From contig CM119374.1 of NCBI GenBank assembly GCA_051294905.1, positions 23,126,001 to 23,190,000 of the forward strand: 64,000 nucleotides of DNA. The letters run 5' to 3'. The translations under genes were made by a program, and so were the position numbers. Shown piece by piece: positions 39,621 through 52,500 of this stretch (within the stretch, counting starts at the first letter, position 1; every line of letters starts with the position of its first letter). Under the pieces are notes generated by a model. It was not told the DNA's origin and ran no database searches. It saw only the letters and a list, made by a program, of their open reading frames with translations. This DNA is from Botryllus schlosseri. Lineage: Eukaryota.

Positions 39621-42600
39621 CGGATAATTCGAATTGTTTATGTACAGGGGGCGCAGAGTGAACTACCAGTGCACTCCCTCGTATAAGTAATTCTACAATG
39701 TGTGATAGTAGCAGAAATGCTTCAATATTTACTCCGGTAAACATACGCCAGATTTTGCTTCATTTTTACGATTGTTCAAGAACAGTGACGCAGATTACGC
39801 GAGAAAAAGTTTAACTGTACTCTCTCGTTCCATGTTTATACCGGGTTCGCAACGACGCCAACCATCGACTCGTGATAGGATTTCATGAAGACCACATCTT
39901 TCATGGTTTAAGTTTGGTATATTTTCACCGACGAGATTCATTCATCGCTATTAGAATCAGACCAGTGTATTATTATATCTCGAACTTTTGCGATGTTTCT
40001 TTGCATGGTATCCAGATTCTTTACTTCTCACAAGATCTTAGCGTTAGTGTGCACTGTGCAGTCAATGTCAGCAGAGTTTTGCAATAACAACGTAATGATC
40101 GTAGCAGGATTACTGTTTGATGCAATTATCATCACTGGATCGTGTTTTCAAAAGGTTTAAGCGCAAGCTTCATGTACAGATTGCTATTGTGAATGAGTCC
40201 TCGTGCAGCGAGACATATTCACACAGTACGTGGTTCGTTATAGTTTCAAGACTTCGAAATATGAGTAAGTTTGAACAAATTACTCAAACGTAATTGAGGT
40301 CACAAATACGATCGTCGATTTGACAAACCTAGGATTCCGGTGAATTTATTTGAGCCAACAATGTAAACCAACTGGTGACGGATTTTCGGCGAATATCAGA
40401 GACGCATGAAAAGATGCCCGTCTCTAGCTAACGCGTCCAACATGAATCATGCAATCTAGTGTAAACATAGAAATAAGACAACGGTAAGGATGAATTATGT
40501 TTTATGACCTTAAAATACTCGCCCGTGTCTGAGTTAATGTGACGGTTCAGAGACGGCATGGCAAATAGCATTTATGAGAATACAATAAAAGAAACAGTTC
40601 AGTACAGCCTGGTAGTTTTGTTTTATGGCGTTGGTCTTCAGTGCGTGGGATATACTAATACTTTTGGACAATACACATCATTTAGCATCGAATATTTAAG
40701 TTGGTGTTTCTGGGTTTCCGGTGGCAGGTTGATGCGTAATTTTATGCAGTCTGCTGCACAACAAAAGCAGAGAGATCGATTTGATGCTGATGAATACATT
40801 CTCAACAAATGGAACGATAACTATTGGCTCTGACTGAAAACTTGCGGATTTGAGTAAGCGGGTTATGTAGGATAATGTCGAGCGTAACATTCTCATATAA
40901 TATACTGTACTCCTCAAATGGGGTTAAATAAAATTACTACGCGGTAGAAATGACTCGAGATATCGCGTTGATGATTTTGAGCAGAGAAAATGTCATTGTT
41001 TACATCAATCATAAAAAATTGCGACCGGTTTAGATAAATTCCGTGGATAAAACGTTGTCGATGTCGCGTTGCTATCAAACCAATCATACAGTCGTATCGC
41101 CTTGGGATATTTTATTTGCAAGGTATAGGTTTCCTCCGCGCAGTCTTTACTGTCGCATGCGGCACTAACTTTGAAATCCGTTTTATTCATACGGATTTAT
41201 ATTTCTATCTATACAAATATATTTCAACCGAGATAGGAAACATAATCGTACAACTGTTTAGTGTGCACAGTCGGTTGTATAACATAATGGAAATGAAAGA
41301 TCTTGCCCAATCTAAGAAACCCTGTGAAATTAGTCTGTTAAAAGTGTAATCCAGGAAGATACGCAGCCCTAGAAGGTACAGAAATGTAACAAAGCCTGTG
41401 CAGTTGGTCCTGCCGAGCCAATCCTTAGCCAGCAAACATCAACATTCCCAAACTTTTATTTGAATTACTGTTTACACTGTTGAAGCGGGTATACAATATA
41501 TTATAGATAACATCGTGGGATTAAAAGATTCACGTATAGGCTACTTATTTATTACATTCTCCTTACCATACTTCGTTTTGTGGATTCCATGATAAATATC
41601 TATGATTTTAACATCACCTAATTATCACGACATCCAACACATTAAGTATAATTTTCTATAATGCTGTCAATTTGTCCGATTCTTAGAAATATCCAAGTCA
41701 GCATAGCTGAAAAGTTTCATTGGCAGGTGTTCCGATGCATATTAAAAGAGTCAACAGAGATTGTGTAATGGAAATTGAGGTATAAGTTCCAGAATCAGCG
41801 CATTAAGTGGGATTCGTCTACGACAGTTTAGTAGCTTTGAGAGGAAAAAACCGTTTCATTCGTTCTCTTTATTTACAAGGCAATAGCAAAATCTCAATCT
41901 GAAGGAGTCAATTCATTAAAATATATAACTGTTCAATGTCATCTGCGGCTAAGTTCAGTTGAATTCAATCAAATATCTTAGAAAGCATTGCCGACTGGAC
42001 GGCTCGCCTTAAAATGTCCGTTTTCAATGCCGACTATGGTGGGGTTTAACATGACCGTGGTCGCGAAACGATTCTGGGCCAGCTACAAACAACGATCAAT
42101 GTTATTTCAGTAAAACGTCAGTGGGGGAAATGTGGAGACAGAGGGTTGACTTGCAAATGATGCACAGTCTTTGTAACTAACGTGTTGCAGTCCCGGAGCG
42201 CTCAATCTAGTGATGCGGTCAATTTATGCGGCGCAATTACTGATGGTATTTTTGAAAGAACAGGACCCTTGAACAATTATATCAAACACACTTCCGGCCA
42301 AATTGACTCCGCGCAGAGGTTACTGAATGCATTATATAGCGGAACAGGGCATGCGACCCTGAGAATACATGGTTGCTGTTGTACCGGTTTCCAGTTCTGT
42401 CGATATTTCGAATTCACCTCATGCTATTTATAGACGTTTAGTGAGGATCAGGGACAGCCAAAAAGCTGAAAGTTTGAAGTATAGTTGATTTAGAAATATG
42501 ATTATGTGTTTGATAAAATAATAGGTTATAAAAACTAAACTTGTCACCAGCTTCCTAACTTTCGAAGTAGCTCTGGAGCCCACCTCAAAATGCTCTTGCT

Positions 42601-43004
42601 GTCGACCCGTGGTCCATAACACACTAGCTGAGAACCATTGGTCTTGATTTAACCACACTCCCTTGAGGTAGACAAAAGTGGGTGCAAATCAGCGCACCTG
42701 GTGATGAATAAACATGTGGGCACAGAAGGGATATAATAAAGTTACGATGGCTTTGCTGGGCGGTGGCTGGTACACCGTAAATGTGTTTTGCGGATCAATA
42801 TCACGCGCACCAAATTTACTATCACACATGGGCGCATTTATTACACAATGCCGAGCAAAATATGTTGGTAGGCGTAACCTTATTCAACGTACTATTTTTA
42901 AAATGTGAAAATGAGAGATATATAAAGTGAAGTATGAAATCCAACGCCACCTGTAATCCATCATATTGATCACCGTATGCCAACTATCAAAACACGTTCG
43001 GGTT

Positions 43005-43010
43005 TATAAA
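43005..43010 (+). promoter_or_regulatory. Candidate TATA box upstream of the MEGF6-like gene
   Basis: TATAAA 160 nt upstream of the ATG (another at 42919-42926). Motif match only, in AT-rich DNA. Confidence 0.2.
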
Positions 43011-43164
43011 GGGACGCTCCCATATCGTGCTGGGCATGGGGCGTATACGACTGTCTACATCTTTTGTGATCACAGAAAGCGTCTGGAGCCGGTCAAAGCC
43101 TCACGATTTATTGCATTTCACATTCTCAGATATATATTTATAAGTGTTTCAACGTACTGTAACC

Positions 43165-43519
43165 ATGATACCAGTACAAAGTCTGACGACGGCTCTACTC
43201 TTGATTTCCATTGGTGCTAATGCTCAATACTGGAATTTGGGGCCATATGATACGGAGGAACAATGCGGGCCGGACGTGTCCTTACAGCAACTCCCGGGAA
43301 TGGAAAGAGAAGACTCTAGCGCTTTAAGGCCAGATACAAGACTCCCATTAACGGGAGAACTACCCGACAACCCACAGCCAAATCCGTCCCGACGAAGAAA
43401 ACCCAGCCGGCCGGCTGTAGTGGTGCCACTCCCGCCGCGTCGAGCGAATACCGCGCTATTCGCACAAGTTTCGAACGTCAATGGACAAGTCAGAGCGCGG
43501 ACAAAGCGCTCCCGCACAG
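43165..43519 (+). CDS. MEGF6: Exon 1: signal peptide + Pro/Arg-rich region ending RARTKRSR
   Basis: [26 protein letters not shown]...; donor ACAG|GTAAAC, phase 1 matches exon 2. Linkage to exon 2 is inferred. Confidence 0.7.
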
Positions 43520-46500
43520 GTAAACATACTAAATAGTGCCCTCCCGTCTGATGGATAATATTCTCCACCGCGCGCGCCTCTGTTAGCGGCATGCCACAGA
43601 ATTTATCGCAATGCATTCAGCCCAGTGGACTGAACTTAAAGAGTAAATATTTGACAATTTACCAAAGATTGACGAGCCTATTGTGTGAGCATACTTGGGA
43701 TATTACACGTTGGGAGAAGTATTCACTTTGGCGAACTAGCGATAAGTTGTACGCTGTGTGCTATCCATTGGAATTTTAATCATTACTCTGGGCAGTCATC
43801 GCCAATAAGCTGTATACCCCCAACGGTAGAAAATCAACGACATCCAAACCCATCCCGTGCGGTATTGAGCGGTGGGAATATCGAGAAATGCTATAAAATG
43901 ACATCTTAAGCTTCCGACAAGGTGGCGTTATGATCGAGGATGGAATCCTGGCCACATTTCTGATTCTCATTGCGTGTAAGCATCTGTTGTTGTTGTACTA
44001 CCACAACTAACGTTGGCATATTTCCTACCATCAGACCATCAAATATTTCACACTCCAATGGTTTTACAACCTCGGCTGGAGTTGTACAACAACCAGTGTT
44101 ATGCAAAATGTCATGTTCGCGTGTCATTACAAATAATTTCGATCCAACCGGAACGACGCGCTTAACCTGCATTTTAACTCAGTTGTGACGTTTCGTACAG
44201 AGCGGTACATAACTTGTAACCTATATAACAGATCACAGAACAAAGTGATACTCACTTCCATGATTATCTCGTAGGTGAATCCTGAAAAAAAGTGTTAACT
44301 ATACACACCAAATTTTGAATATAATCCAAATTTAATGATTTATTTGAACCCCCTGATCCTTATGGTGAACTACCAGTATGGATCTCCCACAACAAGGGAT
44401 TCCATTCAATACAGATTTCGATTTGTTTTGTCGGTGGATAGAGATTGGATTTCCGGGACAAAATCCAATACTATTCCGGTCTATTGAATTTCGGTTTGTG
44501 TGTATAGCAGCTTTAATTAACCTTGGCTTGAATACCGATTTCGCCTTTAGCTGGCGCCATCCAAGTATTGTGAAGCGTACCTACGCGGATAGACGCCAGT
44601 TCCGGAATAACTAAATATTTAACGACCAACTGTAGGCTTCATTACCGACCAGGATTACTGATCTTTGTGAAAGTTGGACTTCTGCAAGTACGATGGGATT
44701 GTCTTTTCTTAGAAATGCAATTGCCAACGCCTAGATTAGACATGGCAAATGTAGGATAATCTATATTACATAATATATTTATTTGCTACAGCAGCAAATC
44801 ATTTGTGTTGAAAACCAATTTTGACAGATTACCACACAATCGTGGTACAAAAGTTAACTGTTCTATATTTATCAACGCTGGGCTTGGGGATGACTACCAG
44901 AGTACCCAGTAACTATTTTCGAGCAACAATGTGTTACCGATTTATATACCACTCAAATATTTGTATCCTTGTAGTCATGTCATGTGGCTGCATGCTACAG
45001 GACTTGGCCGCGTCAATATTTTCTGTTTTCATATGTTATCCTTGCATTTTCATTTCAATTATATTTCTTGCTAGTTATCAATCACGAAAATTCGAATCGA
45101 TCGAATATTTTCAAAGCGATCGTTGTTAATTATTTTATGGGGCAAATCTGGTAGTTAATATTCGTCAAAATTCCGATATTTCTGTTTTCGATTTCTCAAT
45201 GACTTTAGTCTTCAACGAAAAAAATACATTTCATCATAATAGATCATTTCATGTTGGTGCAAATATTTTGGCAGATTTGAACGAATGCGCAACCAGCAAC
45301 GGCGGCTGTGGCCAAATCTGCTGTAACAGATATGGCAGCTTCAGATGCAAATGCAGACAGGGGTTTACGCTGAACCCTGACGGAAAAACGTGTACAGGTG
45401 GGTGGCATGTGAAATTCATCCGATGTACGTCATGGAATCGGTTTGGCACTTATCCCAACTCTAAGCATAATGAATACCTATCTCAACATGCAATTGACTT
45501 CGCAAATAACCACTTTGCGAATACATTGTAGACTAATCATGTCTAGCAGAGTTTTCATCTTACAATTGTCACCCGATCACAGTTCTATGCGCAAACACAT
45601 TTCACCTCCTCACATTCATGTCTTGCGCTGTTGAGTTTTTAATGGAGCAGCGCGACATCGATACAGTCTTCCACAAGGTATCAGCATTACATTTAACGTC
45701 ATATGTGGAGGAAATATATTGGCAAAGTGCTAAAAGCGCTACGCCTTACCTCAAATTTTACCGTAATAATCTGGCAACATTTCACGACGAATACCGTCAC
45801 ATCTGTTTTTAAAGTATTCGGTGTAGGATGACCGATCTGAGCGGGTATATGGTTTCGACCCAGCGGAGATCCCGTTGCGTTTACTTCAGTACCTGTCGTT
45901 TCCAAAACACAAGCGTGAATTTCTACCAACAGAACACTATTTTGAGTAAAAGTATTAACAGCATCAGCAGCTGGAGAAGAAATTATAAGGCGTTGCGAGA
46001 TAAACATATTTTCAACCTAAAAAGCGAGCAATTCAATCCAATTTTTATTCTTGGCCTTTTGATTTTACGAGTATCGAGCATTCTCGTGATTCGGGTACAC
46101 AAGTATAATAGTTTCCGTGGTAGAGCTGCTTTTGGTGCGTGTATTTTTGTTGACCAAAAACAGCCAATCATATACTCACGTGGCAAGGTTAATTGCAGCC
46201 TATCAATGTTACAACCTGTCTTTTAAGGTCGTTTATCAGTCGTCAATGTATCTGTTATAAGAAGGAAAATGCGAGATTCCAGTTTGCGGTTATGTCTACA
46301 GACCTGCTATAGGTCATGGCCCAACGTCACACATATACGGTCCTTGCTGTACTTGTTCTACATGATATTTATGACAGATAACGACGAGTGCGAACGGCAT
46401 AACGGAGGATGTTCCCAGACATGTGTCAACGTACAGGGCGGCTATTACTGCAAATGTAGGCACGGATATCACTTGCACTCGGACGACAGAACTTGTTTGC

Positions 46501-49500
46501 GTAAGTCACAATTCCAACATTGCTGTTCCGATCTAAAGCATAGCGAATTTCAAGCAACGGATAACATGCTTACTATCTTTCTTTATAGTATCTTATTTTA
46601 ATTCGCATTGCGCACCTACAGGCTATCAGATGGCGATGAAGCATTTGGATATATTCGGATTATATACCACAGTACTTTATTTATTCGTATTTTACATCGA
46701 TAGGGCCGCAGTACGGATAACGTAATTCCGGAATTTCAACCGATATCTCACTTTTATAGTTCGCGTATAACTGCACTCTTCACTTCTTTTCAATTTATTT
46801 ATTGTTTGAATATGAAAGTCCAAATCTAAGCATCTAACCATATGCCCCCTTGTCCTGAAGCTTCCAACAACTGCTTGATTGACAACGGTGGATGCGCTCA
46901 CTTCTGTGAATCTCAAGGAAATAGAAGATTTTACTGTCGCTGCGATATTGGATATGTATTGAATCCCAACGGACATGATTGTGACAGTAAGTTATTTTAT
47001 TTCAGCAGGATATGTCGCATCCTGTGCAATTAAAATATGACCCATTTCCGTAAACAAGGCAGTAATAAAAGTTTGATAAAATTATCGTTTTTGATCCACC
47101 CTCGACATAAGATACCAAAGAGATGTTAATTTCATGTTTCCTTCGATTTAAATATTTTTTATTCCATGACAAGCACTGAACAATGAGCATATTGATAAGA
47201 GTAACTCGGTCATTTGTGTGAGATTTTACTGCCGACAACGTCATCGCATCAATAGTGGGAACATGGACCCGTTGTAACGGCAAACAAACCAATTCGACAT
47301 CGTTAATGCAGTGCGTGTATGCTGTAGTAGTTCACGCGTTTTCCAAAACGTATGAATTATTACATACACGATATACTGTGACCTGTGCGCAACATAACAA
47401 CGGATCAAACAATTGAGTAACGGTTTGAACGAAACGCAATCGCGCTACTTCTAACTACATAGAGTTGGGCATCATTTTCAGATCATGTTGTCAAGTGCAT
47501 ATGTTCCAAACCTTCGGATATAGAGCTATTCGTAATTTCCTGTCATATCGGTGAACGTTAATCTGATAAATGATAAACCGTCATACTTAAGCTCAGTACT
47601 CCGACAGGACTGTGTGTAAGATATGGATATGGGGATCTATATCTATGACTTGAAGTTAGCGAACCATACAAATTCTAATCATCTATCCAAACCCCTCAAA
47701 AATCCGCAAGCTTGAATCATCCACAGCGAAATGCTTTTGTTCAAAGTGTTTCTTAAATATACTCAAGACAGCTTTGTTGCTGAATCATACGTCTAAATAC
47801 CTGTCGATGAGACACGAGTTTATTTCTAAAACAGACGATCCTTGCGTTGATCGGTGATATGAGAAGTCAATGTCTTGTTAGAACCCATTTAATCATGTGT
47901 GAATCAAACGCAGTTGAGTGCCATAAACATGACATTACATCGCCTCTTTAGAGATTGATCCGTGCGAAGATAATAATGGCGGATGTGGGCATATTTGCAC
48001 TGCTGTAGGAATCTTCCCTCAGTGCTCATGCTTCGAAGGATACGAGCTGGAAGCCGATGGGAAGAAATGTGAAGGTAATTTTTAAAAACTTCCGAAAAGT
48101 ATCAGCTCCCAACTCACTCAAATTGCTCGTCTCCAAGATATCAACGAATGCGAAACCGACAACGGGGGCTGCTCTCATATCTGTCTGAACACACGTGGGT
48201 CGTTCGCTTGCAGATGTAAACCGGGATATGAACTTGGAGTTGACAAGACAACATGTTACCGTGAGTCTCGTCATATGTCACATAGAGCAGATACACCTAG
48301 AGATGGTATACGGCCTATAGTCAAGTAAGTGTTATACTGGGCAGACGCTTTACATCTCTAGGAGCGCATATCCACATGAGGATTTATTGTAGAGAATAAT
48401 ATCCAATGAACTATATACAATACATGGATCCCAGTGTGCGGTGAGTGACCAGTGCTAAGAACTAAGCATATAATCGTCACCCACTTGCTTACCACCGGGA
48501 TGTAATTCGTAATCAGTATATTCAGTAATACAGGGGTATGAGGATTAATGACTTAAGGTATGTTGTCAATGTAATAATCACAAAGAATATTCATAACACA
48601 GCACTTGAGCGCGATACATTGAGACCTAGTGAATAGACTACTCTCGTGTCGGGTTCAAAATCCGTTAAACACGAGGCAGTTTCGCGGTAATTTAATTTGA
48701 AGCACGTCTTTTCATCTTTCAATATCGGAAACCGCGTTATGTCGATTAGTCAGAGGCTAAGAATGCTTATCGATTGAATGGAAGAGTATTTGTTCGCGAA
48801 ATTGAATGATTCAATAACGCGAAAAATGCATAAGCTGTTAGTACAAACTACACAGTGTACAGACTGTACACCGAGTAAGAGTCATAGTGACTTGGAACGA
48901 AAAGCCATGTTATCTTCGCAAAGAATATTGCAAAAGCAAACCAACACTTTATACAGTAGATATATAACAAAGATTCACTGATTTATGCACCTGATGACAA
49001 CCCGGCCGTTTAACCTGATAACGGTGATTTTATATGAAGATAAATGGTAACTACACAGAATATATAACACTCGACGTCTGTATTGCGCACATCCGCTTAT
49101 TATCGTAATGTCAGTACGATGCAAAGTTCAACGTGATTTGATTCGTGACATATCAAGATAAATGCCCGTCAAAGCTTTATGCGAAAGTAATCGAAAATTA
49201 TTTGTATGTGCTGGTTGAATATGTTGTAGTTACGCCAATCACACCCTGCACACTGCAGTAGTCATGGTGAAATGCGTGTGGCATGATTACGAAAACGCAT
49301 TGCAACGGCGTGAATTCTATTGGGAACGCCGCTCAAAACACCGCACACAATTAAAGATACAAGGGCTTAAGCACAGGCCTCAAGTAAAACAATATTACCG
49401 CATTCTAAGTATCCTACAAGAATAATAATCAAGTAACAGCATGCATAAGGAGTTTATAGACAGATCTGTAGTACTTCTACTCACGTGAAAACTTACCGTT

Positions 49501-52500
49501 CCTGCGTCGTGCCAACGTCCAATCATGCAATAGTCAGTGATCGTTGAAAATAAAAGCACATGTCCTTCCTGATGTGTACCGTCCATTGCCATGTTCGGTT
49601 ATCTTACAGAAATTTAGAGCTGTAGCCAGTGAATAGCGATTATAGTGAAATGTTACATAATTCCTGAGCATGATTAATGATTGTGCGTAAAAGATCAGAT
49701 GCGAAATTTTTCAGGAGTTGAAATGACCGTCATCCAATCGTGCCATAACAACAACAATGGCGGTTGCATGCACGTATGCAATGCAAAAGAATCTGGGCCG
49801 GTATGTTCTTGCAATCCTGGATATCAATTGGAAGCCGACGGAATGAGTTGCCGAGGTAAGAATTGAAGATGGAACTTGTCGCAATTACACCGAGTGACAG
49901 TTGTTACCAACTACCGCGAAGCCTTGTTACTTGAATTATTACCGCCGATATCATATCCAAATTTACAAATTACTCTAAACACCGCAACGTCTGCGATTCA
50001 CCGGATTCACGCTGCACCAGAATCATTACGTTCTGTTCTATGTAACCCAGCGATCCGCTTACTGGATTTGGGAAATGCGATTGTTTCATCACAACAAACA
50101 TCATCGACATGACATCGCTTGCCCGTAAGTCGGGTTAAAGGTTAATGTGGTGAGACATATAATATCAACAGGTCGGATAGCGATGCATAGGTAAAGCTTA
50201 CAGTGTAACCACATTCCGCTCCGTGTGAACTTCAAACGGATTTTATGATATTATCCTCACGGGACACTTTCCCACCGCCTGTCGTAAAGGCTGGTGTTTA
50301 ATCACAATGACCTCCCAGTGTCAATGCGTGTGCGCTTTCCGCGAAATATCAATCAGGTCTCGCAACGATGCCGAACCTGTAGTATTTTCTTCCCTGTTAC
50401 AGACGCCGACGAATGCAGCGACGGAAGCAAATGCTGCACACAGTCCTGCAACAACATACCAGGCGGGTACGAATGTAGCTGTTACGTTGGTTTCAAGTTG
50501 AAAGCAGACGGTTGCGGCTGTGAAGGTAGGTTATCTCATGCAGCGAAAAATGCACTTTTTCTAAATCATACTACTCGGATCAACTTTCACCTGTTCACCA
50601 TTTTCCATCCTCTCTAACGACCGGCATTTCACAACAGTGGAATCGCAATCTTATCCTGCCAATGACCATTATTGGCCATACCTTTTCGATGTCACTAGTC
50701 TACATAATAATCTATCTGTAATAGATGTCAATGAATGCCTCTCTGACAATGGAGGATGCGAGCAGATGTGTGTCAACAGTCAAGGATCGTATGAATGCAG
50801 TTGTGGTGGAGGATATATTATTCAGGAGAACGGAAGAGGGTGCATCGGTGAGAGATGATTTATATTCACTGCTTTCTATGTATGATTTACGGGGTTGCTC
50901 TGACCATAGAGATCGAACGTACATTTCTGGCTCCACCTACCGCGCCTCCTGAATTACTATCTCCCAAGAAAGCCATTGTTCCAAAAGGCAGACCGCAACT
51001 CGTAATACTACGCAGGCCACAGATACAATTACGGTCGGACACAGATGATCAACCTGCGCATGAACTTGAATTCGTGGCTGTTACCCGGTAAGGACATGCA
51101 AAAAAGTTAGCTAGAAAGACGTATATGACGGACTGAAAACTCCTCATATCATGAATAACAATCCATATCGTACTCCTGTTTGTTCTAGATTTGGATAGCC
51201 TTCTCATTAGGTTTGCGTCACTTTCTGTTCTTACACGTTGTGAATTTTACCAGTCTTATATCCCGGACTTGTCACGAGTGCGGCGATATTCAAGGATATT
51301 GGCTTATAAGCATTCGCGATGAATTAGCCATGAATTGAGTGAGATTCATACCGTACTAATCGTGAGAATACATTGCAAAGTTGTTTACTACTATCATAGC
51401 GTCATACTCTTCAAACCACTTACAGATGCCGACCCGGAGAATTCGGCGCAGGCTGCGCATATAGCTGTGATAACTGCACCAACGGAGAGTGCAATAGCGA
51501 TGAAAGTGGATGCGCCTGTCAACCAGGCTATCGGGGAGTAACTTGCGGAGACGGTAATTTTACACATTGTTCATATTCATACAGTGAGAATCTAGCCGAC
51601 ATATCTAGTGCGATTTGCGCACCTTCTGTGATAAATTATAGCAGCTAGGTAATCTGTACTATAATGAGATAAAAAAAATCTGAGTTGTTGAAAATTACAA
51701 GCAATCTCAAAGTTCGTGGAAACATTTATCGTTTAATACAATCTTGCACACAATTGGAGAATAATGACAATTTCTATTCACACCGTAGCTGTAATAAACA
51801 GCATTAGCTCATCATAACGTAATGGTGCAGGAAACGTGAATTTTGTTCTTAATTTCATTTCACAATATTGATGCTCTTCTATCTTGTTTGCGTGTATTGA
51901 GTGTTACCTGTGCAGTAGACCAAACAGGTGAACTGCCTGTCCGGTAATATTTAACAAATCTGAGTCAAATAATGTTCAAATAAAATCCCGAGTGTATAGT
52001 CCTATATGGAACTGTTTCTATATTCAAAAACAGCGACTTGCATGTTACGTTACAATATTCAGTGTGCCCACCGAGCCGATACGGAAAAGACTGCAGCCAG
52101 GAGTGTCAATGTCAAAACGAAGGAAAGTGCGACCCGGTGACTGGTGCTTGCACATGTCCCGCGGATATAAAAGGTCAATTTTGTGAGGACGGCTGTCCGA
52201 AGGGACTCTTCGGAGTACAATGTGAGAGACGATGCAATTGCCATCGCGCCAGGTGCCGTCGGTTGACGGGAACGTGTTTCTGTAATCCTGGACGTTACGG
52301 CAGACGATGCCACAGACGTAAGTGAAATACACATCACGTTCGGGACAACAACGTGCACTAATATCACTCCATACCACAGCTTGTCCAAGATGGTCTTACG
52401 GGCCTGGATGCATCCACATGTGTGAATGTAACAAGGCAAATAGTGTCGGATGCAACAGACGAGACGGACAGTGCCGATGTAAGCCAGGGTTTGCCGGACC

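Noticed and set aside
43906-44188. Candidate EMI exon or antisense ORF in intron 1
   Set aside because: No EMI cysteine pattern and no convincing phase-1 donor.
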